A stretch of DNA of 46,761 bases from Promethearchaeota archaeon (GTDB taxonomy: Archaea; Asgardarchaeota; Lokiarchaeia; Sigyniarchaeales; SOKP01), in the NCBI GenBank assembly GCA_013375475.1, contig JABXKD010000021.1, positions 1 through 46,761 of the forward strand, given 5' to 3'. Positions 28,941-38,125 of the stretch are shown here, one piece after another; position 1 is the stretch's first letter; every line of letters begins with the position of its first letter. The notes below the pieces were generated by a model. It did not search any database, was not told the DNA's origin, and was given only the letters and a program-made list of their open reading frames with translations. The translations under genes and the position numbers were made by a program.

Positions 28941-30836
28941 ATGTCAAATAATTTGAGGAATATTGAAAAATATAAAAAGAAACATGTAAATGTAGAAGAT
29001 GCAATTAAGAAATATATCAAATCTGGAGACAGAATTTTTATAGATTCAGGTTGTTCTGAACCAATCAACCTTACTTCAAAGCTTATCGAGCTCGGTCCTC
29101 AACTTTCGGATGTAGAGATGATACACTTTATTAGTTTGTCCGATTTCGATTATTACAAAACTGCGGGAGGTAATGAAGATTTATTTCGACATAATGTTTT
29201 TTTTATTAGTGAAAATCTTCGAGAGGCTGTAAAGAGAGGATTTGCAGATTACACCCCAATGCTACTTTCTGACATTCCGGGATTTTTTGAGCGAGGACAA
29301 ATGCACCTAAAGACCGCACTTATTCAAGTAAGTCCTCCCGATGAATTTGGATTTTGTAGTTACGGAATTAATGTCGATATAGCAAAACCTATAGCAGAAG
29401 CAGCTGAATTTGTAGTTGCAGAACTTAATTCTAAGATGCCGCGCACACTTGGAGATTCTTTTCTTCACATTGATGATATCGACGCTTTTATAATAGCAGA
29501 TCACGACATTATTGAGTTTACTTATGATCCTCCAAACGAGACGGTTAAAAAGATAGGAAAGTATGTTGCATCTCTTATTGAAGACGAATCAACGATACAA
29601 ATGGGGATTGGAAATATTCCTAACGCAGTTTTAGCTGAGTTAGAGGACAAGAAAGATTTAGGAGTACACAGTGAAGTCTTTTCAGATGGAATTGTGGATC
29701 TAGTCGAAAAGGGAGTTGTTACATGTAAAAAGAAGACTCTTCATAAGGGTAAAATAATTTGTTCTTTTGTTATGGGCTCTCGGCGTCTTTATGATTTTGT
29801 AGACAACAATTCTTTTGTCGAATTTCATCCAAGTAATTACTGCAACGATCCCTATATAATAAGTCGAAATAAAAAACAAGTGGCTATTAATGCTGCCCTT
29901 ACAATTGATTTAACTGGACAAATTAACGCTGACTCAATTGGCCATTCATTTTACAGCGGTATAGGTGGTCAGGTAGATTTCGTTAGAGGCGCAAACCATT
30001 CAATCGATGGAAAACCGATTGCTGTGCTCCCTAGCACTGCAACTCTTAAGGATGGAACTGTTGTTTCGAGAATTGTTCCATATCTTCAACCTGGCTCGGG
30101 AGTAGTCATAACAAGAGGTGACATTCATTATGTTGTTACTGAATGGGGTATTGCTTATCTTTTTGGAAAAAGTATCCGTGAGAGAGTATTACAGATGATA
30201 AACATAGCTCATCCTGATTTTAGGGAAGAACTTTTAGAATATGCAAAAAAAATAAATTATGTATATTCTGATCAGAAATTACCACTTTCTATTAATGGAA
30301 GATTAAGCTTATACCCTGATAAGTATGAGACAAATTTTCAAATGAAAAATGGTAAGTCGATTAAAATTCGACCGATTAAACCTACTGATGAGCGATTATT
30401 GCAAGGACTTTATTACTCATTAGATGAAGATGATAGGTATTTGAGATTTTTCTCACGTGATCGTAAATTCCCTCATAAATTTGTACAGCCCTTAATTAAC
30501 ATAGATTATCAAACTGATATGATACTTGTAGGAGAATCTCTTGAAGAGGGTGAACAGAAAATAGTTGCGTCAGCAGCATTTTTTAAAACACACCAACCAT
30601 CAGCTGCTGAATTAGGTATAGTAGTTAAGAAAAATTTTCGTAAATCTGGAATAGCTAAATTTTTACTTGAATATTTAATTACTATAGCTAGAGAAATTAA
30701 TTACAAATATTTTACTGGATCAATTCTCCTTGAAAACAAACCTATGCTCTATATTCTTAATAACAGTGGATATCCTATGAAATCAAAAAATGTAGAGTAT
30801 GGAGAAGTCATATTTACACTTGATATTTCAAAATGA
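28941..30836 (+). CDS. Acetyl-CoA hydrolase/4-hydroxybutyrate CoA-transferase family protein fused to a C-terminal GNAT domain
   Basis: QVSPPDEFG, QMGIGNIP, GVHSEVFSDG, GIGGQVDF, VVTEWGIA, IAHPDFRE; then IRPIKPTD...YLRFF...IDY...AELGIVV..FRKSGIA. Confidence 0.93.
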   Translation: MSNNLRNIEKYKKKHVNVEDAIKKYIKSGDRIFIDSGCSEPINLTSKLIELGPQLSDVEMIHFISLSDFDYYKTAGGNEDLFRHNVFFISENLREAVKRGFADYTPMLLSDIPGFFERGQMHLKTALIQVSPPDEFGFCSYGINVDIAKPIAEAAEFVVAELNSKMPRTLGDSFLHIDDIDAFIIADHDIIEFTYDPPNETVKKIGKYVASLIEDESTIQMGIGNIPNAVLAELEDKKDLGVHSEVFSDGIVDLVEKGVVTCKKKTLHKGKIICSFVMGSRRLYDFVDNNSFVEFHPSNYCNDPYIISRNKKQVAINAALTIDLTGQINADSIGHSFYSGIGGQVDFVRGANHSIDGKPIAVLPSTATLKDGTVVSRIVPYLQPGSGVVITRGDIHYVVTEWGIAYLFGKSIRERVLQMINIAHPDFREELLEYAKKINYVYSDQKLPLSINGRLSLYPDKYETNFQMKNGKSIKIRPIKPTDERLLQGLYYSLDEDDRYLRFFSRDRKFPHKFVQPLINIDYQTDMILVGESLEEGEQKIVASAAFFKTHQPSAAELGIVVKKNFRKSGIAKFLLEYLITIAREINYKYFTGSILLENKPMLYILNNSGYPMKSKNVEYGEVIFTLDISK

Positions 30837-30933
30837 TTTGAACTCAAAGGTAAGGGTTTGAATCAAAGTTTTAAATATATTGGGAGATAACATCAGTTAT
30901 ACACAAAAAAAAAATGAAAGGTGAAAATTAAAA

Positions 30934-31701
30934 GTGAGCTCAAAAGAATTCGAAACAATATTATACGAAAGTAAGGATAAAATAGGCTATATAACTCTAA
31001 ATATACCAAGAAGACATAACGCGTTGAGTTTCCAGTTGCTTGATGACATTGATGCTGCTTTTGATTATGCTGAGGAAGATAAAAATGCAAATGTGATTGT
31101 ACTAAAAGGTAATGGTAAAAGTTTTTGTTCCGGGTTCGATAATGATGCTTCTTATTATCGGACACCTCCAGAAGGTGGTTGGAACTATTTAAATTCATAT
31201 GAAATATTAAATAAAAAAGTCTATGCTAAGTACACCCGTATATGGGATTTTCCTAAACCAACTATTGCCCAAGTTCACGGATATTGTCGAGATGCTGGAT
31301 GTTATCTCCAATTATGCTGTGATATCTCAGTTGCAGCAGATGATGCATTATTAGGTCATCCTGCTCAGTTATGGGGGGGTTCACAAAGCTTACCTCTCTG
31401 GCAATTCTATTTAGGCGTCAAAAAAGCAAGATATCTTTTGATGAGTGGACGATTAATTACAGGAAAAGTAGCAGCAGATTGGGGACTTGTGAGTATAAGC
31501 GTTCCTCGAGAAAACCTTGATGAGGAGGTAACCAAATTAGCTTCTGAAATGGCTGAAGTACCTCGTCCGGGATATCTTCATAATAAAATTGCTCTTAATA
31601 CGGATCTAAAAATACGCGGAATTAATGCTTTATTCGACTACTATGGTCAAATGAATAGATATGGTCGATTTATTAATAGACCACCTGAAAAAAAGGAATA
31701 G
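30934..31701 (+). CDS. Enoyl-CoA hydratase/isomerase (crotonase) family protein
   Basis: ITLNIPRRHNAL, GKSFCSGFD, PKPTIAQVHG, CDISVAA, A..WGLVS. Confidence 0.9.
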   Translation: MSSKEFETILYESKDKIGYITLNIPRRHNALSFQLLDDIDAAFDYAEEDKNANVIVLKGNGKSFCSGFDNDASYYRTPPEGGWNYLNSYEILNKKVYAKYTRIWDFPKPTIAQVHGYCRDAGCYLQLCCDISVAADDALLGHPAQLWGGSQSLPLWQFYLGVKKARYLLMSGRLITGKVAADWGLVSISVPRENLDEEVTKLASEMAEVPRPGYLHNKIALNTDLKIRGINALFDYYGQMNRYGRFINRPPEKKE

Positions 31702-31984
31702 GAGTAATAAAAGACACGAAATTTCTACAAACAAATTTTAAGGACACAAATTCAAATTAATTTTTTTAAACCTATAATTGAACCATAAATATTAAAATAA
31801 GTTTCTATGTCATCACACAAGCTGCTGCATTCTATTTCTCTATTCTTATATTGTGTTGCATTTAAAAGCTTTATTCTTTAATTTAAAGAAATTTCAAAAG
31901 AAAACTTAAATACAGAGATGACATATTTAAGCATTGGAAAAAAATCACCTAAGAATAATAAAAAAAAATAAGAGAAATCATAAA

Positions 31985-32365
31985 ATGAAAGATATAGCAG
32001 TTATATTGGAAAACTCACCCGGCGCTCTAGCAAATATGGGCGAGATTTTAGGTAAGAATGGAATAAATATGGAAGGATTATGTGGTATTCCCCTAAATGA
32101 TGAAGCAATTATTCATATTTTGGTAGAAGACGAAACCGTCGCTCGTTATGTCCTTGAATCAGCAGGATTTAAAGTTAGTGCTGTACGTGAAGTACTTGTT
32201 ATGGATATTGGCCATGTTGCAGGTAAACCGGGATCTGGTGGAAAAATGGCTCGTAGAATAGGCAATGTTGGTGTTAATATTGATCTAATCTACTTGGCTG
32301 AACATAACAAGCTGGTTATCGGAGTAGATGATATAAATAGAGCCCGAAAGGCATTAGCCAAATAA
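31985..32365 (+). CDS. Tandem ACT-domain (amino-acid-binding) protein
   Basis: MKDIAVILENSPGALANMGEILGKNGINM and second repeat KPGSGGKMARRIGNVGVNIDLIY; ATG at 31985. Confidence 0.88.
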   Translation: MKDIAVILENSPGALANMGEILGKNGINMEGLCGIPLNDEAIIHILVEDETVARYVLESAGFKVSAVREVLVMDIGHVAGKPGSGGKMARRIGNVGVNIDLIYLAEHNKLVIGVDDINRARKALAK

Positions 32366-32395
32366 TTTTTTTATTTTTTTTAAAGAAAGAAAGTC

Positions 32396-34057
32396 TTATT
32401 TTAAAATTCCGTAAAAATTTTTATTTCTATCATATTCTTTTAGAACTCTCCTCCCTTCTTTATTTGAAAGAGAGAGGCTTATGCTGCTAGAGCGGCTCAA
32501 GGAACCGGTAAAAATTTCTTGACCATTAGCATACACAATAATATTACTACTTGCATATTCAGGACTTGCTTTCAGAATTACTTTTTGTTTCGTGATTTCA
32601 ATATCTAACTCAACCCGTTCTTCTTTTCTCCTCCTATTTAATTTTTCTCCCCTAATTTGGTCTTTACCTTTAAAAGAATTTGTATATTCAATAGGATTTA
32701 TGGGATTAATTACTATATCTTGACCAAAGGAATAAATCTCATAAGCAAGGCGTTCAGTTTTAAACTCTCTGACTTCTACCACAGGTCTTGCTAAATCTTT
32801 GTCTCTAAATCCATGGGGTACTTTTACCGTCATTTTGATGATTAATACGGTAGATATATCTCCGCCCTTAATAAAAACAATCGTGTCTATAATTGAAGGA
32901 AGCATTCCAAGCTCTATTCGGCCGATAAATCTTTGAATTGCGTCGATAGCTGACGAAGAATGGACAACTCCCACCATACCTACACCAGAAAGTCGAAAAT
33001 CAGCGTAAATTTGAAAATCTTTAGTTGTCCGTACTTCATCAAAAATAGTAAAATCCGGTCTTACCAATAGCAGAATATCAGCAGAATTTTCAAGGCTTCC
33101 TTCTAATTTTGTATATTGCGTTATTTCTTCTTTTACCTGCAAATCCCGAACGCTTTCCAAGGTTTTTACGACTTTACCTTGTTCTAGATAAAAATTTGCT
33201 AAAGCTGCTGAAAAGGTGCTTTTTCCAGCCCCTGGAGCTCCTGCTACTAAAATTCCTTCTGCTTTGTCTAATCTTTTATGAAGTCTTGTATCAATAGCAT
33301 AATCTTCCAATGAAAGATTAACAAGTGGGTGCACGGCTGTGATCTCAACACTATTTGAAAATGGAGGACGTGTTATTACAATTCTAAATTCTCTTAATTG
33401 AGCAACCACGGCACCGATTTTTTCAATTTCAACGAAAGAATGCTCGTCTTCTCTAACCATTTCTATTATCTCGATAGCAATTTCATCTATTAGTTTGGCA
33501 GATAGTTGTTCCATGCCTATTTTTTCTAAATACCAATTTCCAGGGCTACCTTTCTTAGCATATGGCGGCAACCCTTGCTTTAAATGTACACTCATTGTCG
33601 TATCATCGAAATATTCAAGTAATTTTAACGAAAGAGCCTCTGTTTTCGTAGGGACTGCCTTTTCTTTTGCATACATGATATCAACACCCTCAAAAATACC
33701 GACATCTCCTTGTATTCTATCTGCTGTTATTAAAGAAGCGTTATGCTCTAAAGCAGATTTTCTGATGAGGGCATCTAGTTCTCCCCCTGGGCTCATTTTT
33801 ATTTCTTCTCTGGAAGGGCGTTTTCCTACTATATGAAGTGTTATTTTCTCCTCATTATGTAACCGTCTTAATTCTTTTAACACATTTAGACCATAATACC
33901 CTATTTCTTTCTGAACATTTGTTCGATACTCCACTTCTGCTACAACTACATTCGGGATGTAAATTTCTGGCTTATCTCCTAAATCGCCATCGACTATTAA
34001 TTCCAGAACGATTCCGTTAAATATTACGGAAGTGTCGCACGCAAATTTTTTTGACAT
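32396..34057 (-). CDS. PINc/VapC-family ATPase (PINA)
   Basis: PIN domain (DTSV, E, D, TAD), TTMSVHLK, RIVITRPPFS, GAPGAGKSTF, LLLVRPDFTIFDEVR, GMVGVVH, DLARPVVEV. Confidence 0.95.
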   Translation of the reverse strand: MSKKFACDTSVIFNGIVLELIVDGDLGDKPEIYIPNVVVAEVEYRTNVQKEIGYYGLNVLKELRRLHNEEKITLHIVGKRPSREEIKMSPGGELDALIRKSALEHNASLITADRIQGDVGIFEGVDIMYAKEKAVPTKTEALSLKLLEYFDDTTMSVHLKQGLPPYAKKGSPGNWYLEKIGMEQLSAKLIDEIAIEIIEMVREDEHSFVEIEKIGAVVAQLREFRIVITRPPFSNSVEITAVHPLVNLSLEDYAIDTRLHKRLDKAEGILVAGAPGAGKSTFSAALANFYLEQGKVVKTLESVRDLQVKEEITQYTKLEGSLENSADILLLVRPDFTIFDEVRTTKDFQIYADFRLSGVGMVGVVHSSSAIDAIQRFIGRIELGMLPSIIDTIVFIKGGDISTVLIIKMTVKVPHGFRDKDLARPVVEVREFKTERLAYEIYSFGQDIVINPINPIEYTNSFKGKDQIRGEKLNRRRKEERVELDIEITKQKVILKASPEYASSNIIVYANGQEIFTGSLSRSSSISLSLSNKEGRRVLKEYDRNKNFYGILK

Positions 34058-34058
34058 T

Positions 34059-34667
34059 TTATTCTTCGTCTTTTTCTACTTTATTCATTATTTCAAATTT
34101 ATTAACACTGTAATATATTGGTTTGCTTAATCTATCAACAGTAGCAACAACAAGATCTTTGCGTGAGCTCATTGCTACGCGCGACATTTTGTCAAGGTCT
34201 TTTAAATCTATTGGATATCCCTCAAAAACAGGATAGATCAAAAATTTCGCTGAATCTTTTTCAAAGTCAGCCCCTCTCTTATAAACTCTAAAATCAATAC
34301 CTTCTCCATATCCCGCTCGTACGATATAACCTCTTTTTCTAAGATCCATATAAATAATATATTTTTGCCACAATCTATCATCAAATTGAGTGAGATATGT
34401 CAAAATACCTTCAAAATCGTATAGATTAATGTCTTCTTTATTATTATCCAAATATAATAAGATACGATTTCTTTCACATAATAATAAGACTTCTACAGGG
34501 CTTAAAACTAATATTTCCTTATTTTCACTATTCTTATCAAGAGTACCGATGTAGGAATTATTATAAAATTCTTCGATACCTTCTTTGTCTGAAATTATTA
34601 CATTTTCATCTTCAATAATTCCTTCAAATTGAGCTTTTTCAGCTTTTTCATTTGATGTTCCGTTCAT
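34059..34667 (-). CDS. endA: tRNA-splicing endonuclease subunit (possibly structural)
   Basis: LSPVEVLLL, YIIYMDLRKRGYIV, DFRVY, RVAMSSRKDLVVA; abuts the PINA gene. Confidence 0.85.
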   Translation of the reverse strand: MNGTSNEKAEKAQFEGIIEDENVIISDKEGIEEFYNNSYIGTLDKNSENKEILVLSPVEVLLLCERNRILLYLDNNKEDINLYDFEGILTYLTQFDDRLWQKYIIYMDLRKRGYIVRAGYGEGIDFRVYKRGADFEKDSAKFLIYPVFEGYPIDLKDLDKMSRVAMSSRKDLVVATVDRLSKPIYYSVNKFEIMNKVEKDEE

Positions 34668-34760
34668 ATTCTATATTATCAAAACACACAATAATTAAAG
34701 AATTTAATTCTTAAAGTGAAAGGAGCTTATGAGTAGAATTACATTCTAATATAAAAATAA

Positions 34761-35639
34761 TTAGGAAATTTTTATTATAAAATCTATTAACTTTCCCAGT
34801 TTTTTAACATTAGCATAAGTATTAGGAGAATTTTCTTCCAGATAATCCTTAAAAACATCCCAATTTTCATTCTTTCCAGAAGGAGCTTCAGATAACAACT
34901 TTTTAACCTCATCGAAATCATTAGTGAATATTAGAGCGTTATCGATTCTATTCGCATCTCCACTTAAAAGAAATATATAATAATCATTAAGTTCCTGAGC
35001 ATCCATAACGTTCGGAGGTTTATTTCCATCTCCTGCTTTTCTACCTCTAGCCAAGCGAGTGTCAACCATTGTTGGTAGAATCATGTTGAAATTGATATTC
35101 TCTTTTTTATACTCTAATGCGAGAGAGTTTTGTAAACCCACAACTGCATACTTACTTGCAGTATAAGCTGCAAATTTTGGCATTGGATTAGTGAACGCAG
35201 CGCTACCCGTTATAATAAACCTTGCTTTATCACTCTTGTTATCTTTCTTAAAATAAGGAAAGGCTGCCTTGAATGTAAAAAACACGCCTGATACATTAAT
35301 ATTGATTATTTCAGAAAATTTATTGCTGTCAAAATCATGACTATCCCACATCCGTGAATAGCCTGCATTGGCAATGACTCCGTTAAATTCTCCCAATTCC
35401 TCATAAAAAGCCTTAAATGCGTTTTCTATTTCTTCGTATTTTGTAACATCTGCTGTTTGAACTGATACCTTTACTCCAGTACCAAGTTTAATAATTTCTT
35501 CGTTAACTTCGTTTAATTCATCACGTGTTCTAGCTACCAAGCCAATATTAGCGCCCTCTTTTGCACAAGCGAGAGCTATCGACTTTCCAATACCTCTTCC
35601 TGAGCCAGTGATAATTATATTTTTCTCTTTTAACAACAT
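34761..35639 (-). CDS. SDR-family NAD(P)-dependent oxidoreductase
   Basis: TGSGRGIG, ANAG, YTASK, PTMVDT. Confidence 0.95.
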   Translation of the reverse strand: MLLKEKNIIITGSGRGIGKSIALACAKEGANIGLVARTRDELNEVNEEIIKLGTGVKVSVQTADVTKYEEIENAFKAFYEELGEFNGVIANAGYSRMWDSHDFDSNKFSEIININVSGVFFTFKAAFPYFKKDNKSDKARFIITGSAAFTNPMPKFAAYTASKYAVVGLQNSLALEYKKENINFNMILPTMVDTRLARGRKAGDGNKPPNVMDAQELNDYYIFLLSGDANRIDNALIFTNDFDEVKKLLSEAPSGKNENWDVFKDYLEENSPNTYANVKKLGKLIDFIIKIS

Positions 35640-35738
35640 AATAAAAAAATAGGTAATGTAAAAAAAAAAATTATCTAAAATATCTATTTTAATGAAATAG
35701 AAAAATTAATGTTAAAAAAAATAATATATGACTTGACT

Positions 35739-36311
35739 ATGGAGGATTTATACAGTTCACTTCAAAATCGACTCAATAATGTTCAAAGTATCGTTTTTAT
35801 GGGGATAGGAGAGGAAAAATTAAGTGATGACGGTGTTGGCCCTTACATTATTAGTGAGCTGCTCCCTTATTCTGACAATGAAAAAGTTCTTTTCATAAAC
35901 GCTGGAACAGATCCTATGGCTAGAATTGATGATGTTATTAATTTCAAACCAGAGTATCTAATCCTGATTGATACATGTACTGTAAATAAACCTCCGGGAA
36001 CGATTACAATATTGGAGCGTGATGTTATTAAGGAATATGTACCAATTTCTACTCACACAATCCCCGTCCATATTGTAATTGATTTAATCATAGAAAAATT
36101 ACCCGTTTTGAATGTTTTTATGATTGGTTTTGTCCCTGAAAGCCTAGAGGGATTTAAAGATTTAAAATTATACAAAGAGGACTCTTTAACTCTTGAAGAA
36201 CGATCTGATAACATTGATCTGCCTTTCTTCGAAATAAATTTAACGAGAACGCTAAAAATTGAAGCAGATAAGTTGATAGAAATAATTAAAAAATTAGTAA
36301 AGGCAATTTAG
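35739..36311 (+). CDS. hycI: Hydrogenase maturation protease (HycI-like)
   Basis: MGIGEEKLSDDGVG, AGTDP, LILID, PG, STHTIP, IGFVP. An upstream ATG at 35709 is also possible. Confidence 0.85.
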   Translation: MEDLYSSLQNRLNNVQSIVFMGIGEEKLSDDGVGPYIISELLPYSDNEKVLFINAGTDPMARIDDVINFKPEYLILIDTCTVNKPPGTITILERDVIKEYVPISTHTIPVHIVIDLIIEKLPVLNVFMIGFVPESLEGFKDLKLYKEDSLTLEERSDNIDLPFFEINLTRTLKIEADKLIEIIKKLVKAI

Positions 36312-36502
36312 GTTTTATTTTCATCCTTCTTTTCTTTAGAGTAATGGTTTACGATAATATTGATTGCGTCTGCTATTTTTTGTTTTTCCTTCTCATTTAG
36401 TTTTCTCTTAAATCCTTCAAGAAACTTTAATATGTTATCAACTTCTCGTAAATTTCTCAGATGATTAGATCCTTCCTTATTTAACGAGCCTCCCCATGCC
36501 AT
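36308..36502 (-). CDS. Small hypothetical helical protein, 64 aa
   Basis: ATG preceded by GAAGGA, immediately downstream of the flavoprotein gene; 4-bp convergent overlap with hycI. Confidence 0.6.
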   Translation of the reverse strand: MAWGGSLNKEGSNHLRNLREVDNILKFLEGFKRKLNEKEKQKIADAINIIVNHYSKEKKDENKT

Positions 36503-36528
36503 TTCAATTCCTTCTCAATGAGTAGTTT

Positions 36529-37920
36529 TTATTTATTTGGATCTTCAAGCACCTTCAGGAAAGGACGAAGAAATTCTTGTTTCATGTTCATTTTATTCCT
36601 AACCTTATCTATTTTTATCAACGGAATTAATTTTGCATTCAATTTTTTTGCTCGTTCATCATTTTGCGGGAAAGTATCATAATAACCATGTTTCTCGTAG
36701 TATTCGTGATCTGCCATAAAAACAAATCGATTCCTCCCATAAATATCATCACGAAATATTTTTCTTCCTCCTTCTCCTAAAAATGTTAAAGGTTTAAAAT
36801 AATCTGTATTGGAAAATGTAACTAACTTCCTTGCAAAATCGTGAAGTAAAGCATCTAGCTCTTCTGATGTCCCAAATTCGTCCGTTATAATATCTACAAA
36901 ATTTGAGCCTTGCAGTTCTATGTGACCCTGAAACATTTCAGTAAGATTTGGGATCTGACTTAGAGGTCCAGATATAATATAACCCATCTGTTTTCCTATT
37001 AAAGTTGGTGTGTGAGTCATATAAAAAGCCCTATCTAAAGCCATTTTCCATTGCGCTGAAAGATATCTGTCTTTAATAACTCCCGCAAAAATAAGAATGT
37101 CAGAAGTCATTACTATTTTTTCCCAAAAATCAATGAATCCGTCCTTCCCAATATAGGAGCATTTATGATCGTATCCACATTGCAAACACGAGATACAACC
37201 CCCTTTAATATCAATATCATCTAAATTTATGACTTCAATCTTATCTGAGAAGGATTCTTTAAACTTCTCTATCATCTTTCCTAAGTTAGTATTCTCGCTG
37301 GTTTCATCACTAACCAAAAGTATTTTTTTCCCATGTGTATCAATTTTCTTGGAATCGTCTAATACTTCGCCGGGAGCGTATGTAAAAGCTCTCCAATTTA
37401 AAGGAGTATAATGTTTTGAGGTCGGAAAGTTATTTTCGATGTGATTTATGAATTCCTCTGCAAATACAAGCCATCTTGCTCTTCTTTTTGGATACAATAG
37501 ATCCCATGAATCTGCTGGATAATTTCCAACATATTTCATTCCTAAATCGTCGCAAATGCTATGCATGTAATTTTGAGCAGTGTGGTCGTAGAAATGAATA
37601 GACGTCGAAATAACAATAGTATATTTATTTTCAAAGGCAGCTTCAACATTTCTTTCGAAAATTAATTCGATAAACCGCTTATATTGAGAGCAAACTAACA
37701 TTACATATAAGGGAAACCCCCATATTACACCATCTGATTCTCTTACTTTGTTAATAATATTATTGAATCTATTTTTGTCATTTTCGATCTTTTTAATTGT
37801 CTGTGCAATGTTTATTATCTCATATTCATGTTCTGGATGTTTTTTCTTAATGTACAGAATATACTGCATAGTGACGCTCTCAGCGCCTTTAGGACTCCCA
37901 TTTAATATAGTAAACTTCAT
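36529..37920 (-). CDS. NAD(P)H-dependent oxidoreductase with tandem flavodoxin-like domains (iron-sulfur flavoprotein type)
   Basis: NGSPKG, FPLY; second domain with CISCLQC....C (Isf-type Cys motif). Confidence 0.88.
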   Translation of the reverse strand: MKFTILNGSPKGAESVTMQYILYIKKKHPEHEYEIINIAQTIKKIENDKNRFNNIINKVRESDGVIWGFPLYVMLVCSQYKRFIELIFERNVEAAFENKYTIVISTSIHFYDHTAQNYMHSICDDLGMKYVGNYPADSWDLLYPKRRARWLVFAEEFINHIENNFPTSKHYTPLNWRAFTYAPGEVLDDSKKIDTHGKKILLVSDETSENTNLGKMIEKFKESFSDKIEVINLDDIDIKGGCISCLQCGYDHKCSYIGKDGFIDFWEKIVMTSDILIFAGVIKDRYLSAQWKMALDRAFYMTHTPTLIGKQMGYIISGPLSQIPNLTEMFQGHIELQGSNFVDIITDEFGTSEELDALLHDFARKLVTFSNTDYFKPLTFLGEGGRKIFRDDIYGRNRFVFMADHEYYEKHGYYDTFPQNDERAKKLNAKLIPLIKIDKVRNKMNMKQEFLRPFLKVLEDPNK

Positions 37921-38125
37921 TTTATCATATTATTAAACATTTTTTTAAAGATATGATATATTAACCTTAAAGCTTTAAAAGATTTTCAAGTAATCAACGT
38001 TTTGTATCTAAATCGAGAAATAACCTTTAGAATAGATTCCAAGTTTTGATCTCCCATTTATAATATTTGGTTCAATTATAGGTGTAATAATTTTATCATT
38101 GAAGAAAATTAGAAAGGCTAAGATA

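Noticed and set aside
31807-31881. 24-codon ORF (MSSHKLLHSISLFLYCVAFKSFIL) between the crotonase and ACT genes
   Set aside because: No motif or RBS support; ORFs of this size are expected by chance.
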